A program made the position numbers and the translations under genes. A DNA stretch of 64,000 nucleotides, taken from the IMG/VR virus record IMGVR_UViG_3300022842_000007, positions 28,111-92,110 of that record. One strand, written 5' to 3'. Shown here one piece after another: positions 57,069 to 64,000 of the stretch (the first letter of the stretch is position 1; the number at the start of each line of letters is the position of its first letter). The notes under the pieces were generated by a model, which made no database searches, had not been told where the DNA came from, and worked only from the letters and a program-made list of their open reading frames with translations. This stretch comes from a virus.

Positions 57069-57640
57069 GTACTAGGATTGAGCGCGATATTGCATTTGAT
57101 AGTGCTGTCCATTTCGCTGAAAACTTCTATATCAGTCAATATTACATTACCCTTTCGATGATAGTCCAAACAAACGTCATCTCAGAACAAAATAAAGCAT
57201 TAGAAAGAATACTACACTTTACACACACCGTACTTAATAACGCTTTGTTCATTGATCAGTCAGACCTCGACGCAATTGACAAATACAAAAACGCTGGCAT
57301 GAGAGTATGTGTTATGCCAGACGAACCATACGATCAAATAGTATCAATGACATTACTACAAAAGTTTAATGCTATCACAGAAGGCCGTCTACACATCACT
57401 GACTGTACCTTAGGATCTAGTTTAGGCGATGGCGTAAGATTCTGTACTGTGCAAGAAGCATCAGATAATGCTATTGAACATGGGCCCGGCCTTTGGTGGA
57501 ACTGTAGCAATCTATGCACCGAGCATACAGCAGATAAAGCACGAACAGAAAATATAGTCCATCTATTCACTGATGACGCTTGGGAAAGTCTAGACCTTAC
57601 CTTCGTAAAGAAAACGGGCAAATCAGCCCACAAAAAGTAA
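57065..57640 (+). CDS. Hypothetical protein, possible degenerate QueD/PTPS T-fold
   Basis: IERDIAFDSAVHF...LNNALF...EPYDQIV; GTGA coupling. Confidence 0.55.
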   Translation: MSTRIERDIAFDSAVHFAENFYISQYYITLSMIVQTNVISEQNKALERILHFTHTVLNNALFIDQSDLDAIDKYKNAGMRVCVMPDEPYDQIVSMTLLQKFNAITEGRLHITDCTLGSSLGDGVRFCTVQEASDNAIEHGPGLWWNCSNLCTEHTADKARTENIVHLFTDDAWESLDLTFVKKTGKSAHKK

Positions 57641-57678
57641 TCCATTTTACTTGCTTATTCACCTAATTACTGTACAAT
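57641..57678 (+). promoter_or_regulatory. CC-N7 class promoter (TTGCTT-N16-TACAAT), leaderless
   Basis: ATG 6 nt after the -10 box. Confidence 0.6.
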
Positions 57679-57684
57679 AGACGC

Positions 57685-58191
57685 ATGATTGTAAATATCT
57701 TTGGACAGCCTGTCTACTCCGAAAATGACTTATTTGACCTATACATGGTTGATCCTAAACTAACGTTGAAAAAAACTCTAACTGATAGTAAAATAGATTT
57801 TAATGCAGAATTAGATTTGAGTGCAATTCCAGAATTAATTAAGCATGAATTAAAACATATATCTGTAGCAGAGTTTGATGAAGAAATGAGAAGCAACTGG
57901 TTCATGCCGGAATCATATAAAAACTTAGATATTGCAGAATGGGTGTTAAATCAATGCACACATGAAGAAGAACTCCAGCGTGTGGGCAAAGAATTGTTAC
58001 TGTACCAAAAACGAGAATTATTTCCTTTACTTCAATACATGAAGTATCTTGTAGACTTGATGAGGGAACATGACATCGTATGGGGCGTTGGGCGAGGATC
58101 TAGTGTTTCAAGTTTTGTTTTGTTTTTGATCGGTATTCACCGTATAAATAGTTTATATTACGATTTAGATATCAAAGAATTTTTAAAATAG
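57685..58191 (+). CDS. Minimal DnaE-like protein, N-terminal half of a split enzyme
   Basis: RV.KEL, LVD.MRE.DIVWGVGRGSSVSS.VL.LIGI..I....YDL...EFL matches the DnaE GPGRGS...LLFERFL segment. Confidence 0.85.
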   Translation: MIVNIFGQPVYSENDLFDLYMVDPKLTLKKTLTDSKIDFNAELDLSAIPELIKHELKHISVAEFDEEMRSNWFMPESYKNLDIAEWVLNQCTHEEELQRVGKELLLYQKRELFPLLQYMKYLVDLMREHDIVWGVGRGSSVSSFVLFLIGIHRINSLYYDLDIKEFLK

Positions 58192-58200
58192 GAAAATAGC

Positions 58201-58833
58201 ATGAAAAATTACACAACAGCACGAGGAAAAAGTTTGGATATGTCTGGTTTAATCGCTAGACACGAAAAAACCAGAGCCGTGAGCAACAAAGGAAACGTGA
58301 ATGCGCGAGGGGACGAGATTGATTCCCAAGGACAAGTTGTTATACCTGCCAGTCAAAAAGCCGCAAAGTCTTATGCACAACAAGTAGGATCACAAACAGC
58401 GGTGGCCAGACCAGAGCAACCTAACATTAGTCCTAGTGCTAATCCTAATGCACCTCTATCTCCTAAGCAATTACGAGAACTCGAAGCATTAAAAAAGGCA
58501 GAACCTGTAGTCCCGAATCCAGATGTTGATACTCCGTTACTCGACAAACTGATTGAAAGTTCAGCGCCGGTAAAAAGTCTAAGTCCATCAGAGATTAGCC
58601 AAGCAGAATTAGAACCAATTGATGAACCCGAAAAAGTTGTAATGAAATCAGCAGATGATGCACCTGATAGTTTTGGTGCAGAGGGAGAATTGCATCGTGA
58701 AGAAACCGAACTTGCTGAGTTAGAAGAAGACTTTGACATCGAAGCAATCAAAAAAGCGGCATTAGAAAACATAGTCGTAGAACCAGCACCGAAAACTAAA
58801 CAAGTTAAATCTACCAAAAAGGGAAAAAAGTAA
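58201..58833 (+). CDS. Hypothetical protein
   Basis: N-terminal GNVNARGDEI; low-complexity C-terminal half. Confidence 0.7.
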   Translation: MKNYTTARGKSLDMSGLIARHEKTRAVSNKGNVNARGDEIDSQGQVVIPASQKAAKSYAQQVGSQTAVARPEQPNISPSANPNAPLSPKQLRELEALKKAEPVVPNPDVDTPLLDKLIESSAPVKSLSPSEISQAELEPIDEPEKVVMKSADDAPDSFGAEGELHREETELAELEEDFDIEAIKKAALENIVVEPAPKTKQVKSTKKGKK

Positions 58834-59211
58834 ATGGCGATTGGCCTTAAATCTAATATAAATGCAATCAATATATCGAGTCTTCGAGCGATTGCTGATA
58901 AAGTTATAGTACATGATATGAAATTTGGTAGCAACCAACTAGCCAGTGGCATTATCATTATGGATGATGATAAGAAGTCAGAAGGTATTAAACCAAGATG
59001 GGCGAGAGTCTATTCTATCGGTCCTCGTGCAACTATAGATGTAAAAGTAGGACAATATGTTCTTGTCGCTCATGGTCGTTGGGACCGTGGCATCAACATC
59101 GTAGACAAAAATGGTCCAACTACAATACGGTGCGTCGATCCGAAAGACTGCCTGTTAGTAAGTGATGAACCACAAAACGAGGCGGCATTCGGTCCCAACG
59201 AAGGCGCATAA
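58834..59211 (+). CDS. groES: Co-chaperonin GroES (gp31-like)
   Basis: LRAIADKVIV, ASGIII, V..IGP....VKVGQYVL. Confidence 0.85.
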   Translation: MAIGLKSNINAINISSLRAIADKVIVHDMKFGSNQLASGIIIMDDDKKSEGIKPRWARVYSIGPRATIDVKVGQYVLVAHGRWDRGINIVDKNGPTTIRCVDPKDCLLVSDEPQNEAAFGPNEGA

Positions 59212-59214
59212 TTT

Positions 59215-59254
59215 ACCCGTTAAAATTTACATCGCGAAATAATCAGAGTATAAT
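59215..59254 (+). promoter_or_regulatory. CC-N7 class promoter (TTTACA-N17-TATAAT)
   Basis: Read directly. Confidence 0.65.
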
Positions 59255-59275
59255 ACATCATTACAGAGGAACTGC

Positions 59276-60199
59276 ATGAAAAATCAACTTTGGGTAGAGA
59301 AGTATCGTCCTAGTACCGTAGAAGATTATGTCTTCACAGACCCAATACAAAAAGGACAAGTAGAACATTGGATTAAAGAAGGATCGTTCCCTCATCTATT
59401 GATGTCTGGTGATCCAGGTACTGGCAAGACTACACTTGCTAAAGTATTAATACAAGAGTTAGGTGTAGAAGAATATGATGTTTTAACTATTAACGCATCT
59501 CGTGAAAATGGCATTGACGTTTTGCGTGACAAAATTAATGGCTTTGTACAAACTATGCCATTCGGTAAGTTCAAGGTTGTACTGTTAGACGAGGCTGATT
59601 ATTTAACTCAGCCTTCACAGGCCGCTTTAAGAAATGATATGGAACAATACCACGAGACAGTCAGATACATATTGACATGTAACTATGCTCACAAGATCAT
59701 TCCTGCGCTGAAGTCACGTTGTCATGTATATCACATTGCTAAGCCAGACATGGTTGAATTCACAGCACGAGGTGCAGTTGTACTAGCATCTGAGGGCGTT
59801 GACTTCGATTTAGACACGCTAGATACATATGTTCGTGCTACATACCCTGACTTACGTAAGTGTCTCAATCAATTGCAGGTAAACAGCAGTTCCGGCGCTC
59901 TGAGGGCACCTCAGGCAATAGGCCAGAGTGAAGATGAACTATTAGTCACTGCTACTACATTATTTAAAGCAGGAAAACTTACTGATGCTAGACAGCAGTT
60001 AATGCAGTATGTCGCATTGTATCCTACTAGAATAGAAGACACCTATCGTTGGATGTATGAAAACTTAGATTTATTCGGTGCATCAGACGAACAACGTGAC
60101 GCAAACATTGTCGTGATTAGAAATGGATTAGCGAATTTACCTTTAGTGGGTATTCCTGAAATCTCTCTAGCCGCAACTTTAGTTGAACTCACTTCATAA
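59276..60199 (+). CDS. gp44: Clamp loader large subunit (gp44/RFC-like)
   Basis: LWVEKYRP, GDPGTGKT, LDEAD, TCNY, SRC, PDLRK. Confidence 0.95.
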   Translation: MKNQLWVEKYRPSTVEDYVFTDPIQKGQVEHWIKEGSFPHLLMSGDPGTGKTTLAKVLIQELGVEEYDVLTINASRENGIDVLRDKINGFVQTMPFGKFKVVLLDEADYLTQPSQAALRNDMEQYHETVRYILTCNYAHKIIPALKSRCHVYHIAKPDMVEFTARGAVVLASEGVDFDLDTLDTYVRATYPDLRKCLNQLQVNSSSGALRAPQAIGQSEDELLVTATTLFKAGKLTDARQQLMQYVALYPTRIEDTYRWMYENLDLFGASDEQRDANIVVIRNGLANLPLVGIPEISLAATLVELTS

Positions 60200-60217
60200 T
60201 TACAGAAGAATAAAACT

Positions 60218-60496
60218 ATGCGATATTTAATGATACAATTTATACGAAAACAGAACGGTCAAATTGACGAGTTGGTTAACGTAGCGAAAAAGATAAAAAT
60301 GTCTGATCACAGTACTAAGAACGTTATTTTAGACTATGCTAGGAAAACAGTTGAGAAGTGTGTTATCGAAGGTTCTGATCACGATACTACATTTGACAGT
60401 ATGCATTTATATTATAATAAAATCTATCCAACACTCATTGAACAGTTGGTAAAAGAAGCGCCAATCGAGAAAGAAACTCGCAAACAGAAAAAGTGA
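60218..60496 (+). CDS. Hypothetical protein
   Basis: 92-aa ORF in the operon. Confidence 0.65.
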   Translation: MRYLMIQFIRKQNGQIDELVNVAKKIKMSDHSTKNVILDYARKTVEKCVIEGSDHDTTFDSMHLYYNKIYPTLIEQLVKEAPIEKETRKQKK

Positions 60497-60502
60497 CACT
60501 AT

Positions 60503-60712
60503 ATGGCTAGTACAACATTAAATGACACCCCTGAGGAAGAACTACGATGCATGTTGGTTGATAAAAACAACGAATGTAATGCTCTTAGACAAGAAATCAT
60601 AATACTCAAGGAGAATGTAGCCGAAGAACAAGCAGGAAAATACCTAGCATATGCTAAGTTTATAAACTTACAAAAAGAGATGCAGAAACTGGTCGATGCA
60701 GATAGTCCATGA
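60503..60712 (+). CDS. Hypothetical coiled-coil protein
   Basis: 69 aa; ATGA overlap with the next gene. Confidence 0.55.
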   Translation: MASTTLNDTPEEELRCMLVDKNNECNALRQEIIILKENVAEEQAGKYLAYAKFINLQKEMQKLVDADSP

Positions 60713-61488
60713 ACTTACCTGTACCAAACATGTATGTTTGGGAAATGCTGTTAGATAGTAATAGAACTAACGCATATATAAAGTACCTCAGACAACATGC
60801 CAAAGATAAAGTCATTGTTGATTGCGGTGCTGGTGCTGGTTTCTTTACATGGTTGAGTATAAAGTACGGAGCCAAAAAAGTTTATAGTTGTGAGATACAC
60901 TTTCCTTCTTATAATATTTTACGAAGCAAATATAGAGACACGGATCAAGTCGAAGTCTTAAACATAGACCTTTTTAATGACACGTTACCGAAAGGTGATA
61001 TCTATATACATGAGTTGTTTGGTCACTGTGCATTAACAGAAGGAATAATCTTCTTCCTTGCCAATTGTCAAAGGCAACAAATACATAATATTTTTCCAAA
61101 TAACTTAAAACTTATATCTTGTAAGATAGAGCATTTACAGCAGAAAGCCGTTACTTTAGAAAACTTCGATGATAGTAATTTAGACAAAGACTTAATTGAA
61201 TTTTTTGAGTTAAGTAATAAAAAGATTGACCCTGACAGATACCTGTACAATACAAATTATACTATTGCAGACGGTAGTGAAGAAGTAATATTTGATAGTA
61301 ATATATTTGATTTGTTAGATTTAAGTTTTGAACCAAGTGGATCGCACACCTATTTTGAAGCAGGATTTAATGATGAATATTATTCAAGTTTTGTTAAAAA
61401 ACAAAATTCATGGGAAATTAAAAAACAAATTACTTATCCTTATCTAGTATATCCAGCATATGCTCGGAGTGTACTGAATCGAAACTAG
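60709..61488 (+). CDS. Class I SAM-dependent methyltransferase, protein arginine methyltransferase (PRMT)-like
   Basis: EMLLDSNRT.AY, VIVDCGAGAG, GAKKVYSCE, DIYIHELFGHCALTEG, IFP. Confidence 0.75.
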   Translation: MNLPVPNMYVWEMLLDSNRTNAYIKYLRQHAKDKVIVDCGAGAGFFTWLSIKYGAKKVYSCEIHFPSYNILRSKYRDTDQVEVLNIDLFNDTLPKGDIYIHELFGHCALTEGIIFFLANCQRQQIHNIFPNNLKLISCKIEHLQQKAVTLENFDDSNLDKDLIEFFELSNKKIDPDRYLYNTNYTIADGSEEVIFDSNIFDLLDLSFEPSGSHTYFEAGFNDEYYSSFVKKQNSWEIKKQITYPYLVYPAYARSVLNRN

Positions 61489-61516
61489 AAAGACCTTTTA
61501 GGGGACAAACCTATTC

Positions 61517-61555
61517 AGTAGTCGAAAGGGTCTTAATGACCCTTTCTTTTTGGTT
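61517..61555 (+). terminator. Terminator, copy 1 of a direct repeat
   Basis: GAAAGGGTC-TTAAT-GACCCTTTC-TTTTT. Confidence 0.8.
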
Positions 61556-61563
61556 AAAACGGC

Positions 61564-61592
61564 TTGACTTTGGGTACCCAAAGTAGTATAAT
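61564..61592 (+). promoter_or_regulatory. Sigma70-type promoter TTGACT-N17-TATAAT overlapped by an 18-bp perfect palindrome
   Basis: ACTTTGGGTACCCAAAGT at 61567-61584. Confidence 0.8.
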
Positions 61593-61625
61593 AGTATCAT
61601 AAGTTAAACAAATAAGGGTATTATT

Positions 61626-62081
61626 ATGACTGAAGAACAATATTTAGACGAACAAGACAGATTCGAGGCTATAGAGGAGAAAGGAAGAAACTATGGAAAG
61701 GATTCTAAATTACCAAAGGTATTAGGAAGACTTGCTCTTATGTTTGGTGTATTTGTATTAGTTATTGCGTCTTTCGATGATAGCACTGATAGCACTTCGG
61801 AATCAGATCAAATTGCAATTGCTCAAAAAGCAGAAAAAGAACGTAAGGGTTTTCATTGTTTAAGTGCATGGGACGGATCAAATAGTTCTTTAGTCAGAAC
61901 CGCTAAAAATGTTATGAGAGATCCAAAAAGTTTTGAACATATCGAAACAAGGATTGCACCAGTTACTAATGGTCAGCATACAATTACAATGACATACAGA
62001 GGCAGAAATGGCTTTGGTGGAATGGCAGTTGAAAAAGCAGGAGCTTATGTCTCTAACGCAACATGTAAAGTGTTAATGTAA
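61626..62081 (+). CDS. Single-pass membrane protein (moron-like)
   Basis: TM segment LALMFGVFVLVIASF; MRDPKSFEH and YRGRNGFGG; two Cys. Confidence 0.75.
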   Translation: MTEEQYLDEQDRFEAIEEKGRNYGKDSKLPKVLGRLALMFGVFVLVIASFDDSTDSTSESDQIAIAQKAEKERKGFHCLSAWDGSNSSLVRTAKNVMRDPKSFEHIETRIAPVTNGQHTITMTYRGRNGFGGMAVEKAGAYVSNATCKVLM

Positions 62082-62089
62082 AGTTAAAG

Positions 62090-62127
62090 AGTAGTCGAAA
62101 GGGTCGTTAAGACCCTTTCGTTTGGTT
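62090..62127. terminator. Terminator, copy 2 of the direct repeat (between convergent genes)
   Basis: CGAAAGGGTC-GTTAA-GACCCTTTCG. Confidence 0.8.
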
Positions 62128-62144
62128 CATAAGGACCTATGAAA

Positions 62145-62930
62145 TTATTGATACATGTTTAAAATATGTTCGATTATTTTATGTCTCCTTATGTCTTTTT
62201 GATCGAATTCACATACAGTCATGCCTGGAACCTTATTTTTTTCAATTCGCCTTTGGAGATCAAGCAAGCCATTATCCGGAGTTTTTCGGTCAGTCTGTTC
62301 AATATCACCATTGATTACGATTTTACTACCTTCTGCAATCCGTGTCATTAACATTTTTATTTGTGACGGTGTTGCGTTCTGGGCTTCATCTAATATAATC
62401 CAACTGTGCTTGAAGTTTCTGCCTCGACAAAATGCTAACGGAGTAATCTCAATGATTCCTTCTTTTAACATATATTCGATTTCGCTCTGTCCATAGTATT
62501 CTTTAACTATGTCAAATAATGGCCTTACCCACGGTTCCATTTTTGAGTTTAAATCACCTGGTAAAAATCCATGTTTCTCATCATCTACTGCGACAGCTGG
62601 TCTTGTCAATAATATCTTTTTACACTGTCCGTTTCTTAATGCCCTCATTGCCGCCAACATTGCTAAGTAGGTTTTACCTGTGCCAGCAGGACCAGCGACC
62701 ATAACGATATCGGTTTCAGGGTCATTTAATGAAATAATATATTTTTCCTGATTTATACTCTGTGGTATTAATTCGATTGGTCTACGTGATGCTTGCTTTT
62801 TACTATACTTGTCAAAGTCAATAGTTTTAGAGGAATTCATATAATACGTATCCTCTGTCCCTGATCGAGTTTCCTTGTGCGTGTAGGGTTCATGTTTTTT
62901 TCTTAATGCTCCAGTTTTTCGTTTACTCAT
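62145..62930 (-). CDS. phoH: PhoH-family ATPase
   Basis: GPAGTGKT, GFLPG, RGR, ILDEAQN, TRI, GDIEQTD. Confidence 0.95.
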   Translation of the reverse strand: MSKRKTGALRKKHEPYTHKETRSGTEDTYYMNSSKTIDFDKYSKKQASRRPIELIPQSINQEKYIISLNDPETDIVMVAGPAGTGKTYLAMLAAMRALRNGQCKKILLTRPAVAVDDEKHGFLPGDLNSKMEPWVRPLFDIVKEYYGQSEIEYMLKEGIIEITPLAFCRGRNFKHSWIILDEAQNATPSQIKMLMTRIAEGSKIVINGDIEQTDRKTPDNGLLDLQRRIEKNKVPGMTVCEFDQKDIRRHKIIEHILNMYQ

Positions 62931-63118
62931 AAATTGTTTCCTGTTGTTTAAGTTAGCGTGAGTGAGAATAACATATCCTCATATGTACTTACTATAGGTC
63001 ATTTACGTAAACTCTCATATGTCTTTAATTTGTGAATACGTGATAAATACATGTTCCCACAACATTAATAAACCAGCTTCAAAAATTATATTACAATTCA
63101 CTTTAGATAAATACTAGT

Positions 63119-63748
63119 ATGAGCGAAGGAATAACAGGCGACAATCTTGCTTCAGAGCAAGCAAATGCATTTTTTAAGAACATTGACTTTATAAGCATTG
63201 TAGACACTATTAAAAATATCTACATGTCAGACGGGTCGATGAATACTCTTTTGGATTTCGAAAGGGTCTTGGATGAAGCAGATGTGTATGCCTTCAGAAA
63301 TTGGATCAATGGTGAATTGGTGCAAGGCCCAGACATTGGAAGGTACGCATGTACATGTACTTTCATGTGGCCTTACGCCATGATGCCAGATCCAAGAGCC
63401 ACATTAAGATTATCTGCAATCGGTTGTAGTGTTAAGATAATGAAATCAAAAATTGAAGTCCCTGTCGCAGTCGAATCATATGAAGACTTTCAAGCAGGAA
63501 GTCGTTATCCTAAAATGCAAGAAAACAAAGTTTGGTTTGTGCAAATACAAATACCGTTTGATCTTATGGATGATATTAAAGAGGGTTCAGTTGATCTCGC
63601 TGATGAAACAATTGATTTATCAGAAATCGAGGACGCATATGACGCAGACCTTGACCAAGCAAAACCTGAAGATGCAGAAGATTCATCAGCCGCAATAGAT
63701 GATGTAGCTGGCCAAGATGAAAATGCAGACGGAGCATTCCAAATATAA
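63119..63748 (+). CDS. Hypothetical late protein (leaderless)
   Basis: GATAAATA 63106-63113, then 5 nt and ATG; acidic tail. Confidence 0.75.
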   Translation: MSEGITGDNLASEQANAFFKNIDFISIVDTIKNIYMSDGSMNTLLDFERVLDEADVYAFRNWINGELVQGPDIGRYACTCTFMWPYAMMPDPRATLRLSAIGCSVKIMKSKIEVPVAVESYEDFQAGSRYPKMQENKVWFVQIQIPFDLMDDIKEGSVDLADETIDLSEIEDAYDADLDQAKPEDAEDSSAAIDDVAGQDENADGAFQI

Positions 63749-64000
63749 TGAGTACTATAACTGAAAGTTTGAATTATTTAGATATGGAGGGACAGATGAC
63801 CTCTTATCTTTCTATCGATGAATATGCCGCTAAGATGGGCGAAGACAAAGACATTATTACAGTAACATTTACAGTTAAATCAGAATCGGTAGGTGAGGAT
63901 TTAGTTTCTTGGTTCGAACGAGGATATTCATTTGTCCTAGACGCGAGTGTAAGTGACGGTGAACTTGAACCTGGCAAATATCTAGTATTTGTTGAAATGG
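63748..64000 (+). CDS. Hypothetical protein, truncated by the window end (MSTITESLNYLDMEG...)
   Basis: TAATG coupling; frame stays open to the end of the window. Confidence 0.65.
   Translation, partial: MSTITESLNYLDMEGQMTSYLSIDEYAAKMGEDKDIITVTFTVKSESVGEDLVSWFERGYSFVLDASVSDGELEPGKYLVFVEM

Noticed and set aside
57065-57640. 7-deazaguanine DNA-modification pathway
   Set aside because: Only a degenerate QueD-like pattern; no folE, queC, queE or dpdA in the window.
1-64000. Alternative genetic code; tRNA or rRNA genes
   Set aside because: Conserved genes are full length and TAA, TAG and TGA all act as stops; no cloverleaf was seen in the short intergenic gaps (by eye only).

Overview
A 64-kb, AT-rich, gene-dense segment of a large T4-like (contractile-tailed) bacteriophage, probably aquatic, read with the standard genetic code. 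Replication/recombination genes: gp32 SSB, UvsX, UvsY, UvsW, primase, DnaB-like helicase, clamp-loader subunits, dNMP kinase and exonucleases. Virion genes: neck gp13/gp14, gp15, sheath, tube, gp48/54-like, gp4, a probable small terminase, fibres, baseplate proteins and putative internal head proteins. Auxiliary genes: PhoH, peptide deformylase, IscA, PhyH-type dioxygenase, Nudix, GroES and an M15 peptidase. There is one free-standing HNH/NUMOD3 homing endonuclease. I see no major capsid, portal, large terminase, sliding clamp, family-B polymerase, tRNA or CRISPR array in the window. Most notable observations: (1) a miniature C-family (DnaE/Pol III alpha) catalytic core split without an intein into two genes about 42.5 kb apart, cut just before the catalytic DIDIDF motif; (2) both halves and other replication genes share a sigma70-type promoter class with CC exactly 7 nt upstream of the -35 hexamer; (3) systematic leaderless mRNAs from late (TAAATA-N5-ATG) and sigma70-type promoters; (4) a protein-arginine-methyltransferase-like gene with an intact double-E loop; (5) putative capsid-targeted, protease-processed cargo proteins, including a ligase-fold nucleotidyltransferase and a metallothionein-like module; (6) degenerate Hint-like and QueD-like proteins, structured RNA leaders and a terminator-bounded moron cassette. 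All family calls come from recognising motifs by eye; no database search was run.
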